This document shows positions 56,040 through 64,000 of a DNA stretch of 64,000 nt, piece after piece. The DNA comes from an uncultured Chloroflexia bacterium. GTDB lineage: Bacteria; Chloroflexota; Limnocylindria; Limnocylindrales; CSP1-4. A program made the position numbers and the translations under genes. Each line of letters opens with the position of its first letter. Within the stretch, counting starts at the first letter, position 1. The notes under the pieces were generated by a model. That model saw only the letters and a program-made list of their open reading frames with translations. It was not told where the DNA came from and searched no databases. The stretch lies in NCBI GenBank assembly GCA_963757765.1, contig CAVWSL010000015.1:2360560-2424559 (forward strand), written 5' to 3'.

Positions 56040-58313
56040 ATGGGTCCCCGTCTCGAACTCAAGTACGGCCTGGTCGCCGAAGCGGACCGACTGTCCACCT
56101 CCGCTGACGCGATGCTGGTCACGGAACCCGCGACCGGCTCCAAGGTCCGCTCCAAGGGCAACCTCTACCTCGTCGTCAGTTCGGCGCGGGTGGGTGGGCG
56201 TGCCCGGGACGCGGCGGCCCTGGTCGCGGACACGGTCCGGCGCGAGTACTACTACGACGAGTCCGCCGGCGTCCCCATCTGCCTCGAGAAGGCCGTGCGC
56301 AGCGCCAACCGCAAGCTGCGGGGCAGTCGCGAGGGTGGCGGGCTGCCACCTGGGGCGCTGGGTATCGCGATCGCGGTCATCCGCAACAACGAGCTGTACG
56401 TGGCGACCATCGGCAGCGCCGAGGCGTACCTCGTGCGCGCTGCGCGGCTGCTCGTGCCAGACCACACGCAGCAGCCCGGGCTGCCCGCGGACGATGCCCT
56501 CCGGGTCGAGGTCTGGCGGGGTGAGATCGCCGTCGGCGACTCGCTGCTGCTGGTGTCGCGCAACTTGACCGAGGTCGTGGGCACGGAGGAGCTCAAGAAC
56601 GCGGTCGTGACGCTCCATCCCCAATCGGCCGTGGAGCATCTCCACCACCTGTTCGTGGCAGCCGGCGGTGACGGCCCGGACGCCGTCCTTGCGGTCGAGG
56701 CGACCGAGATCGTCTCCTCGCGGGGCGACCGCCGCCTGGCGCCAACGGCGGCGGGGGGCGATGCCTTCGGTGAGATGCCCGGTGGGCCCATCCCGGGCGG
56801 CGACCAGGTCGCGGGAGCCGCGGCCGCCGTCACGGGCGCCTTCAGCGGTGCCGCGGACTCCGTCACGGGCGCCTTCAGCAACGCCATCGACCGGCTGTTC
56901 GACCTCATGCCCCGACGCAACCGGAGCGCCCGCGGCGTCGCGTCGCAGGTATCGCGTCGCGAGTCGCAGCGTCGCGCGGCGTTCGCGCTGCTGGGCCTGC
57001 TGGGCGTGGTGCTGGTGCTCGGACTGGCCATCTGGCTCCTCCCGCGTGGTCGTGAGACACCCATCACGGCCGTCTCCTCGGGTGAGCAGTCATACCTTGC
57101 GGCGCAGGACGACGCGGACCAGGGCAGTCGTTTGTTGAGTGGCGACCCGACGCAGGCGACGTCGCTGTTGCACCAAGCGTGGACCCAGCTCACGGCGGCC
57201 AGTGCATCGGGCATCCCGAAGTCGCGAACGGCATCCCTGGAAGCCGACATCCGGGCTGGCCTTGACCAGCTCTACCTCAACCGCAGCCCCAAGACATCGG
57301 TCCTCTATGACTTCGGGGACGCGCAGGATGTCACGGCCATGACCGTTGGCCCCGATGGCTCGCCGTACTTCATCGGGCCCGCGTCCGACGGTACCGGCTC
57401 GTCCGTCTGGCGCCTGGACACCAAGCGCGACCGGGTGCAGGAGATCATCAAGACCGGTGACGGGCCGAACAACGGCGAGGGCATCGGCACGCCGCGGTTG
57501 CTGGCCTCGCAGGCCGACGACCTGCTCATCGTCGACAATCGTGGCGACCTGTGGCGGTGGCGCCAGTACGACGCCAAGAACGGCAGCCTTCGCCGGCGCG
57601 CCATCCCGGGTGATGCGGTGTGGGGCAGTGACGTCCGCGACATCGGGACGCTCCTCGTGTCCTCCTATACCGGGGCATACAACCTGTACGTGCTCGACCC
57701 TAGCCTGGACAAGATCCTCAGGTACCAGCCGACACTCGACGGCAACCAGTTCCTTCCACCGGACGACTACCTCTCGACGCCCGATGAGAGCGTCGCGGAC
57801 TATCTGCGCCTCTACGTGGACAAGAATGTCTACACGCTGACGGCCCAGAACGTCGTCCAGCACATCACCGGCCGCCCGCAGGACCTGAAGCTGGAGACAC
57901 CACCCGACGATGGCGACATCCGGCCCGGTCACACGTACCGCCTCATCGATGGCACGCAGGCAGGCGGCAAGCTCTACGTCTATGACGAGAAGTGGCAGCG
58001 GATCCTGGTCTTCCTCAAGTCCGACGGCAGCTTCGTCGAGCAGTGGTCGACGAAGGGCACGCTCCCCTCGATGAAGGACATGCGGGGCATGTACGTGAGC
58101 CAGCCGCCGACGAAGAAGGGCCAGACCCCGGCTGCCCGGGTCACTTGGGCCACGCCTCAGGGCATCTACGCCAGCCAGCTGACGCCGGTGGTCGTGGACG
58201 TGCCGGCAGTCGCCCCCGAAGCCTCCTCGGCCCCGGATGCGTCCGCGGCGCCGCAGCCGACCCAGACGCCCAAGGCCACCAAGAAGCCCAAGGCCACCAA
58301 GAAGCCAGGCTGA
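56040..58313 (+). CDS. membrane protein with an N-terminal PP2C/SpoIIE-like (probably catalytically degenerate) domain and a large extracytoplasmic domain
   Basis: The cytoplasmic N-terminus shows the PPM fold (SKGNLYLVVSSARVGG..., LYVATIGSAEAYLV, GDSLLLVSRNLTEVV) but lacks the metal-binding Asp of the DGxGG and SDG motifs. One TM helix (AAFALLGLLGVVLVLGLAIWLL). A ~400-aa extracellular region. The C-terminal KATKKPKATKKPG tail is encoded by an 18-bp tandem repeat. Confidence 0.7.
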   Translation: MGPRLELKYGLVAEADRLSTSADAMLVTEPATGSKVRSKGNLYLVVSSARVGGRARDAAALVADTVRREYYYDESAGVPICLEKAVRSANRKLRGSREGGGLPPGALGIAIAVIRNNELYVATIGSAEAYLVRAARLLVPDHTQQPGLPADDALRVEVWRGEIAVGDSLLLVSRNLTEVVGTEELKNAVVTLHPQSAVEHLHHLFVAAGGDGPDAVLAVEATEIVSSRGDRRLAPTAAGGDAFGEMPGGPIPGGDQVAGAAAAVTGAFSGAADSVTGAFSNAIDRLFDLMPRRNRSARGVASQVSRRESQRRAAFALLGLLGVVLVLGLAIWLLPRGRETPITAVSSGEQSYLAAQDDADQGSRLLSGDPTQATSLLHQAWTQLTAASASGIPKSRTASLEADIRAGLDQLYLNRSPKTSVLYDFGDAQDVTAMTVGPDGSPYFIGPASDGTGSSVWRLDTKRDRVQEIIKTGDGPNNGEGIGTPRLLASQADDLLIVDNRGDLWRWRQYDAKNGSLRRRAIPGDAVWGSDVRDIGTLLVSSYTGAYNLYVLDPSLDKILRYQPTLDGNQFLPPDDYLSTPDESVADYLRLYVDKNVYTLTAQNVVQHITGRPQDLKLETPPDDGDIRPGHTYRLIDGTQAGGKLYVYDEKWQRILVFLKSDGSFVEQWSTKGTLPSMKDMRGMYVSQPPTKKGQTPAARVTWATPQGIYASQLTPVVVDVPAVAPEASSAPDASAAPQPTQTPKATKKPKATKKPG

Positions 58314-58332
58314 GGCACCGGGAGCACGCCGC

Positions 58333-58842
58333 ATGTCCGGGGATGTGAGCGAGGTCTTCGTCGAGAGCGTGCATGTCCACGCCGATTCGGCGCAACACGT
58401 GGTGCTGCTCCGGGAACGCCACCGTGACCGATACCTGCCCATCTGGGTGGGTCCGTGGGAGGCAAGCGCCATCGCCACGCGCCTCCAGGGGATGCTGCCC
58501 GAGCGGCCGTTGACCCACGACCTGTACACCCGGACCCTGCTCGACCTGGGTGTGCGCATCCTGCGCGTCGTTGTGACCGACCTTGCCGATGACACATATC
58601 GGGCACGCATCGTGATCAGCCTCGAGGACGTCGAGCACGAGATCGACGCGCGGCCGTCGGATGCGATCGCGATCGCGCTGCGCGCCGATGCGCCGATCTA
58701 CGTCGCAGAGGACATCCTCGACCGGGTCGGGGTCCTGCCGGGTGCGGAGCAGGAGGCTCGCCTCTCGATGTTCCGCGAGTTCGTGAACTCCCTGGAGGTC
58801 GACCTGGGCGGCTCCGACCGGGAGTCCCAGGGCCCCATCTGA
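58333..58842 (+). CDS. bifunctional-nuclease (BFN, DUF151) domain protein
   Basis: LPIWVGPWEASAIATRLQGMLPERPLTHDL...DARPSDAIAIALR matches the DUF151/BFN signature. Confidence 0.7.
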   Translation: MSGDVSEVFVESVHVHADSAQHVVLLRERHRDRYLPIWVGPWEASAIATRLQGMLPERPLTHDLYTRTLLDLGVRILRVVVTDLADDTYRARIVISLEDVEHEIDARPSDAIAIALRADAPIYVAEDILDRVGVLPGAEQEARLSMFREFVNSLEVDLGGSDRESQGPI

Positions 58843-58875
58843 CCGGCGACGCCCGCCAGACCCTGCTCGGCCGCC

Positions 58876-59775
58876 TCAGGCCGCGGCGGTGCCGCCATCG
58901 CTGTCCGGCCGCCGGAGTGCCGGCTCACCGGTCTGCAGCGCCTCCCGAGGGCGTGCCCACAATTGGAGCCGGAGCCGCCAGAAGTCGCGCACGGCGCGTA
59001 GCACGACGCGGGGGTCGGCGCCGGATGCGCGGCCCGCGGTCCGGGGGTGATGTGGCACCCCGACCTCGACCAGGGTGCGCCGAAGGGCGCGCAGCTTGAT
59101 GAGCAGCTCGGCTGACAGGAACGCACCGCCGGACGTCAACCGGATGTCTTCCAGAGCCTCGCGACGGAAGAGCTTGCAGGCGCAGTCGACATCCTGGACC
59201 CGCAGGCCGTAGAAGGTCCGTAGACAGGCCCGGTAGACGCGGGCGTAGGCAAGTCGGATGGCTGGATCGGCACGCTTGATGCGATATCCCACGACGACAT
59301 CTGGCGGTGCGCCAGCGTCGGGCTCGGCGGGCTCGCGCATCCGCGCCAGGAGGCGTCCAAGGTCCGCGATCCGGAACTGCCGATCACCATCGGTGAAGCA
59401 GACGAGCGGGTATCGGGCCGCCCCAAGGCCGCTCCGGAGGGCTGCGCCGTATCCCTGGTTGACCCCGTGGTGGACGACACGCACGACGTCCGGATGCTCC
59501 GCTGTGAGGCGGTCCGCGATGGCCCCGGTGCCATCGGTGCTGCCGTCGTCGACACAGATGACCTCGAAACGCACGGCCAGCCGGGGCAGCTCGTTCAGCG
59601 CCTCGGCGACGAGCTGCTCGATGTTCTCAGCCTCGTTGTGGGCCGGGAAGAAGTAGCTCAGGTTCTCGACACGCAGGGTGATCGGGGGGTCGGCGGGCGT
59701 CGTCGGGTCCGCCTTCGGCGGACTCGACGAATCGATCGCCGACAGGGAGGTGAGCGCCACGACCGCATCGTACAC
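58876..59775 (-). CDS. GT2-family glycosyltransferase (polyprenyl-phosphate sugar synthase / DPM1-like)
   Basis: LSYFFPAHNEAENI, VICVDDGSTDGT and VVGYR (the GT-A DxD context). Resembles dolichyl/polyprenyl-phosphate mannose or glucose synthases. Confidence 0.75.
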   Translation of the reverse strand: MYDAVVALTSLSAIDSSSPPKADPTTPADPPITLRVENLSYFFPAHNEAENIEQLVAEALNELPRLAVRFEVICVDDGSTDGTGAIADRLTAEHPDVVRVVHHGVNQGYGAALRSGLGAARYPLVCFTDGDRQFRIADLGRLLARMREPAEPDAGAPPDVVVGYRIKRADPAIRLAYARVYRACLRTFYGLRVQDVDCACKLFRREALEDIRLTSGGAFLSAELLIKLRALRRTLVEVGVPHHPRTAGRASGADPRVVLRAVRDFWRLRLQLWARPREALQTGEPALRRPDSDGGTAAA

Positions 59776-59821
59776 GGGGCTCCCTGCCGGTGCCCTGAGA
59801 TCGACATCGGACCCGGTCTGG

Positions 59822-61483
59822 TCAGGGAGTGGCGTCGGGCAGCTTGCCGACCACCTGCCACACCGGACCGTTCGCGATACCCGGCACGAGTTCCAGGCCG
59901 TATCGCTCGCGGAATGCGCCGAGGTCGCCCTGCAGGCGGATGAGGTACACCGGCCGGGTCCCGAGGTAGCCGTCGATGACGTCCATCATGCAGCGGTTCG
60001 GCTCAGCCGAGTCGCCACAGCCCGGGTTGCCAAGGTGATCGTCGAGCATCGTCCGGTCATCGATGATGGTCATGTCCGGTCGCCGAGCCTCCACCCAACG
60101 GGCGTACCACAGGGGCGTGGAGTAGCTCCACCAGCTGATGACCACGGGATCTGGCTGGAGACGCGCGAGGGTGGCGTCGAGCCATGTCCGGGCACCGGTA
60201 TCAGCCGACTCGTCGGCATCCTCGAATCGTGCGGGAACAGCACCAAGTATGGGCACCAGGAGCAGCACCGTGGCGAGGACCGTGGCCAGTGTCGACCGCG
60301 CGCCGGGTGCGCGTATCGCGCCAGGGCGCAGCCGGTGCCACAGCGCGATCAGCAGACCCCGTGCCCAATCGACACCGAGCGCGGCCCAGACCACGGTCAC
60401 CATGATGGGCACCAGGTAGTATCGGTCGATGTCCGCGTTCTCGTAGCCCAGCAGGAACCAGACCGGCAGCGCGAACCAGGGGATGGTCAGGAGCATCAGC
60501 CGGGGGCGCCGCCAGATGCCCGTCACGAGTCCCACGACCGCGACGAAGGCACCGATGCCCAGGTTCGCCTCCAGCACAGCCCAGACGGTGTGGACGGCGG
60601 TCGACAGCGACGGCATGGAGTGAAAGGTGCCCGTGAACTGCTGGCCGAACACGAGGTAGCTGAAGCTCGCCCAGTCGGTCGGGTGGGCGTAGTCGAGTGG
60701 CGGGTCCATCGACGCCCGGATGGGGATGTACGCGTACAGCAGCACCGTGGTCACGATGAGCGCCAGGGCACAGGTCAGGACGAGCTTCCACTGACGCCAC
60801 AGGATGGTGGGCGAGACGCCCAGCACGAACAGCGCGATGCCAGGCGCCAGCAGCAGCGTCAGGGCGTGATTGCCGAGCGATACCCCGAAGCAGACGGCCG
60901 CAGCGACCAGCCACCTGCCGGCGCGTTGCCCAGGCGTCCGTTCCCGGATCGCCCACCCGAGCACCAGCACCAGCAGCAGCGCGGCGAGGAAGAGGTGCAG
61001 GCCATGGGGATCGGCACGGACCGCGTTCTGCCATGCGATGGGCGCGACCACGAGCAGCGCGCCCGCGAGTAGCCCGATGGCGGAGCGACGCGTGACCTGG
61101 ACGACGGCGATCGCGACGAGGGCACCGGCGCCGGAGACCAGCAGCGCCGAGAGGAGGTTCGCCCGGAGGGCGGGGTCGCCGAACGGCTGCAGCAGCACGG
61201 ACGCGACCCAGAGCAGCAGCACGTAGCTGGGGTAGCCGGTGGGATGGGCGATCCCCAGGACGGGGCCAAGGGCCTGGAACTCGCCGGTGTCCCAGAAGCC
61301 GAGGCCGGGCATGAGCGTGCGCAGGTCGAGGAGCATCGAGCCGGCGAACACGAGGCCAGCCGGGACCAGCCAGTGGGCCAGGCGGGTGAGCGTCAGACCG
61401 CCGGACACCGCGGCCGACGAGGCGGCGGGGTCGTCCGCTCCGCTGCTCACCATCCCAGCGCCACGCCCCACTCGACTCCCCAC
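59822..61483 (-). CDS. DUF2723-domain polytopic membrane protein (GT-C-fold glycosyltransferase-like)
   Basis: WDTGEFQALGPVLGIAHPTGYPSYVLLLW is the DUF2723 hallmark. About 11 TM helices, then a C-terminal soluble domain. Confidence 0.7.
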   Translation of the reverse strand: MGSRVGRGAGMVSSGADDPAASSAAVSGGLTLTRLAHWLVPAGLVFAGSMLLDLRTLMPGLGFWDTGEFQALGPVLGIAHPTGYPSYVLLLWVASVLLQPFGDPALRANLLSALLVSGAGALVAIAVVQVTRRSAIGLLAGALLVVAPIAWQNAVRADPHGLHLFLAALLLVLVLGWAIRERTPGQRAGRWLVAAAVCFGVSLGNHALTLLLAPGIALFVLGVSPTILWRQWKLVLTCALALIVTTVLLYAYIPIRASMDPPLDYAHPTDWASFSYLVFGQQFTGTFHSMPSLSTAVHTVWAVLEANLGIGAFVAVVGLVTGIWRRPRLMLLTIPWFALPVWFLLGYENADIDRYYLVPIMVTVVWAALGVDWARGLLIALWHRLRPGAIRAPGARSTLATVLATVLLLVPILGAVPARFEDADESADTGARTWLDATLARLQPDPVVISWWSYSTPLWYARWVEARRPDMTIIDDRTMLDDHLGNPGCGDSAEPNRCMMDVIDGYLGTRPVYLIRLQGDLGAFRERYGLELVPGIANGPVWQVVGKLPDATP

Positions 61484-62916
61484 AGGTTGATGAGCACCGA
61501 AGCGATGACGAGCAACGGTGCCACGATGCGGCCGATCCGCCAGCGGCTGATCTCCACGATGCCCAGCGTGACGAGGATGATGGCGAACGGCGCGAAGTCA
61601 TTGCTGAAGCGATAGCCGAACTGGACCCATCCCTGGCTGAAGTGGGCAAGCGCCGCGAGCGCGGTCAGCAACACCGCGATGGCCGATCCCGCCACGAGAC
61701 GCCGTCGCCACCCGAACAGCAGCGCGGGGATGAGCAGCAGGTACGCCGGAGTCGTGAGGAAGATGCTCATGCCCATGGCGTCGGGCCGCAGCGGGCAGGC
61801 AGCGTCGAACACGATGTCCAGCGGCCCAATACCCGCCGGCTCGCAGGGTGTCCCATCCGGCTGCGCATGGACGGGGGTCGACAGCAGCATCACCGGCGCG
61901 TTGACGAGGATGTAGCGCGGGTCCTCCGTGCCCCAGTCGGGGTGGTACAGCTCCGGGGCCGGCTTGTACTCCACCTCCCGGATGTGGTCGTAGGCAGGGG
62001 TGAAGACGTGGCCGGTGGTGCCCAGGTTGTAGGCCGCCAGGATGGCCAGCGGCACCAGGGTGCCGAACCCGGCCGAGAGCGCCCGGCGCAGCCATGAGCC
62101 ACCGGGGCCGATGCAGGCGAAGAACGGGGCACCGAAGACGACCGTCAGGCGCGCCAGACAGGCCGTCCCGAACAGGATGCCAGCCCAGACGCCGCGCAAC
62201 GGCAGTCGTCCCGCGATGGCATGGCCAGCCCCTTCGATGGCCTCGAGTCGCTCGGCGTCCAGCGCGACCGTGATGGCCAGGAACAGCAGCGTGCTTGCGA
62301 CCACATGAGCCTGGAACCAGGTCGTACCGAGCATGGCTGCGTACCACGCGACGGTACCGAAGCCGTAGGTGACGGTGCCCAGGAACGCGGCGCCGCGACG
62401 GTCGGTGACGCGGGTGAGCATCCGCCAGCAGAGGCCGACGTTGATGCCGCCGAGCACTGCCACGACCAGGGCACCGCTCGTGGCCAGGCCCCAGATGGCC
62501 ACGAACGGCAGCAGCAGCACGGCCGGCAGGGGCGGGAAGGGCAGCAGGGCATGGCCGGGCTGATAGCTGAGCCCGAACCGGGTGGTGAGCGCCCGGTCGC
62601 CAAGGTCCAGCACATCCTGGTAGTAGGCGTTCTGGTGGGCGCCGTCCGAGACCGGGTAGCGGATGCTCGCGGAGCCGTCGAGCCACGCCTGAGCCTGCCA
62701 CACGAAGTGGTCGTAGAACCCCCATCGGTGGGGGTTGCTCCAGACATAGATCACGATGGCCACGAGCGCGAAAGCGAGCCCGATCCAACCGGGACCGACC
62801 AGTCCCAGCCAGCGATCCATGCGGCCGTCCGGGGCGTGCGCATAGCCGCCCGCGGCGCTGACGGAGACCGACCGCCGACCAGATGCGAACGGGCCCGTTG
62901 CTATACTCGCGGTCAC
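61447..62916 (-). CDS. polytopic membrane protein, probable GT-C-type glycosyltransferase
   Basis: 489 aa with at least 10 TM helices and periplasmic loops. It overlaps the downstream DUF2723 gene by 37 nt. The family was not confidently recognised. Confidence 0.55.
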   Translation of the reverse strand: MTASIATGPFASGRRSVSVSAAGGYAHAPDGRMDRWLGLVGPGWIGLAFALVAIVIYVWSNPHRWGFYDHFVWQAQAWLDGSASIRYPVSDGAHQNAYYQDVLDLGDRALTTRFGLSYQPGHALLPFPPLPAVLLLPFVAIWGLATSGALVVAVLGGINVGLCWRMLTRVTDRRGAAFLGTVTYGFGTVAWYAAMLGTTWFQAHVVASTLLFLAITVALDAERLEAIEGAGHAIAGRLPLRGVWAGILFGTACLARLTVVFGAPFFACIGPGGSWLRRALSAGFGTLVPLAILAAYNLGTTGHVFTPAYDHIREVEYKPAPELYHPDWGTEDPRYILVNAPVMLLSTPVHAQPDGTPCEPAGIGPLDIVFDAACPLRPDAMGMSIFLTTPAYLLLIPALLFGWRRRLVAGSAIAVLLTALAALAHFSQGWVQFGYRFSNDFAPFAIILVTLGIVEISRWRIGRIVAPLLVIASVLINLWGVEWGVALGW

Positions 62917-63029
62917 CTCGTCGCCCTTGTTTCCCTGGAGGCCGGTTCGGCTTGATCACGTCCCCGGCACGTGCTGCCGACCGGGTCGTCGGGGCGCCTG
63001 GCCCCCCGCCGCGAGCCCTGTCAGCGTCC

Positions 63030-64000
63030 ATGGCACTGGTACTGCTGCTGCTCGGCGCGCTGGCCCTGCGGCTCACTATCGCATACATCCTGCTCCCGTC
63101 ATCCGGGTTCGGGGCGGACATCGGGCTGTACGCGAATTGGGCCCTGGCGATGGCGAACCACGGGCCGGCCGGTTTCTACGCGAATGCCGCATCGATCGAC
63201 TACCCGCCGGCTTACATGCTCGTGCTGTGGCCGGTGGGCGTGCTCGCGAACGTGTTCGGCGGGGGCGACCCGAACGGCTTCGCCATCGACCTCATCAAGG
63301 TCCCGCCCATCCTCATGGACATCGCGGCGGGCTATGTGCTGTACCGCCTCGTGCTCGGCTGGACCTGGCCGGGACGACGCGCGGAGGCACTCGCCCTGGC
63401 AGCCGCGGCGCTGTACGTGTTCAACCCCGTGACCTGGTACGACTCGGCCGTCTGGGGCCAGACGGACTCCGCCGGCGCGCTCGTGATCCTGCTCGGGGTG
63501 GCAGCGCTCATCCGCGGCAACAGCGAGGGGGCAGCGCTCCTCGCCACGCTGGCGGCGCTGGTCAAGCCGCAGTACGGGGTGGTGCTCATCCCGCTCGTCG
63601 CGGTGCTGCTCATCCGGCGCCACCTCATCCGACCTGGCTCCGGACCCCGGCGCTCACCGTGGGGACCGGCATTCCTGCGCGGCTGGCTCGCCCGCGAGCA
63701 GGGATGGATCCGACTGGTGACATCCGGCGTCCTGGCGCTCATCACGTTCCACGTGGTCGCGCTGCCATTCGGCATGGACATCCCCGGCTACCTCAGCCTC
63801 ATGACGAGCACGGCCGGCGGCTATCCGTACCTCAGCGTCAACGCGTATAACCCATGGGCGCTGTTCGGCACTCGGGGGACGGAACCACTCGCGTTCTCGC
63901 GCCTCTGGTCGGACGACCAGGGCAACGGTGGGCTGCTGTCCGCTGTCGTCGTGGGTACGCTGCTGCTCATCGCCGGCTTCGTTTACGGCATCGTCAACGC
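63030..64000 (+). CDS. polytopic membrane protein, GT-C/GT87-like (DUF2029-type) glycosyltransferase; 3' end outside the window
   Basis: The frame is open from the ATG at 63030 to the window end and is not in the ORF track. The protein begins MALVLLLLGALALRLTIAYILLPSSGFGADIGLYANWALAMANHGPAGFYANAASIDYPPAYMLVLWPVG. YPP(A/G)Y plus multiple TM helices is typical of DUF2029/GT87 mannosyltransferases. A TTG at 62952 is an alternative start. Confidence 0.6.
   Translation, partial: MALVLLLLGALALRLTIAYILLPSSGFGADIGLYANWALAMANHGPAGFYANAASIDYPPAYMLVLWPVGVLANVFGGGDPNGFAIDLIKVPPILMDIAAGYVLYRLVLGWTWPGRRAEALALAAAALYVFNPVTWYDSAVWGQTDSAGALVILLGVAALIRGNSEGAALLATLAALVKPQYGVVLIPLVAVLLIRRHLIRPGSGPRRSPWGPAFLRGWLAREQGWIRLVTSGVLALITFHVVALPFGMDIPGYLSLMTSTAGGYPYLSVNAYNPWALFGTRGTEPLAFSRLWSDDQGNGGLLSAVVVGTLLLIAGFVYGIVN

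Noticed and set aside
62927-63850. A 307-aa plus-strand ORF (MFPWRPVRLDHVPGTCCRPGRRGAW...).
   Set aside because: It is an Arg/Gly/Pro-rich nonsense-like translation. The frame at 63030 encodes a coherent multi-TM GT-C-type protein and is preferred.
1-64000. CRISPR arrays, rRNA/tRNA genes, transposases/integrases, prophage genes.
   Set aside because: No direct-repeat/spacer arrays, no tRNA-like cloverleaf candidates apart from the tmRNA 3' domain, and no DDE/tyrosine recombinase signatures were seen in any frame.

Overview
This is a high-GC (~70%) chromosomal window from an Actinobacteria-like genome. The assignment rests on an F420-type LLM oxidoreductase, a DciA/DUF721 gene after recF, a fused DhaK/DhaL kinase and PT-rich linkers. 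It covers the replication-initiation neighbourhood in a non-canonical arrangement. The left edge carries gyrA(3' part)-prs. The minus strand carries rpmH-rnpA-yidD-yidC-jag. The plus strand carries a csaA-like gene, dnaA, an inserted cyclase-mtnA-mtnB-cupin-mtnK block, then dnaN-recF-dciA. Other housekeeping genes are secA, prfB (with its programmed +1 frameshift), ftsE-ftsX-ctp and smpB. An unannotated tmRNA (ssrA) lies 5.4 kb downstream of smpB, separated from it by an LLM oxidoreductase, a secreted protein and a ~1,100-aa PQQ beta-propeller protein. Accessory content is as follows. (1) An ECF sigma / beta-helix anti-sigma pair with a decayed sigma paralog beside it. (2) A ~15-kb carbohydrate/polyol catabolic island: ABC transporter, a PfkB kinase, two FGGY kinases, two SDRs and a tightly coupled GntR-aminotransferase-FGGY-HAD-DhaK/L-RpiB operon. 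(3) An envelope glycosylation cluster (GT2, DUF2723, two GT-C membrane proteins). (4) A membrane PP2C-like pseudophosphatase plus a BFN nuclease where gyrB is normally found. Three genes show apparent 1-nt frameshifts: an IMPase-like gene, jag/khpB and the ECF sigma paralog. No CRISPR, rRNA, tRNA or obvious mobile element was seen. All coordinates and functions are inferred by eye from the six-frame translations, without database searches.
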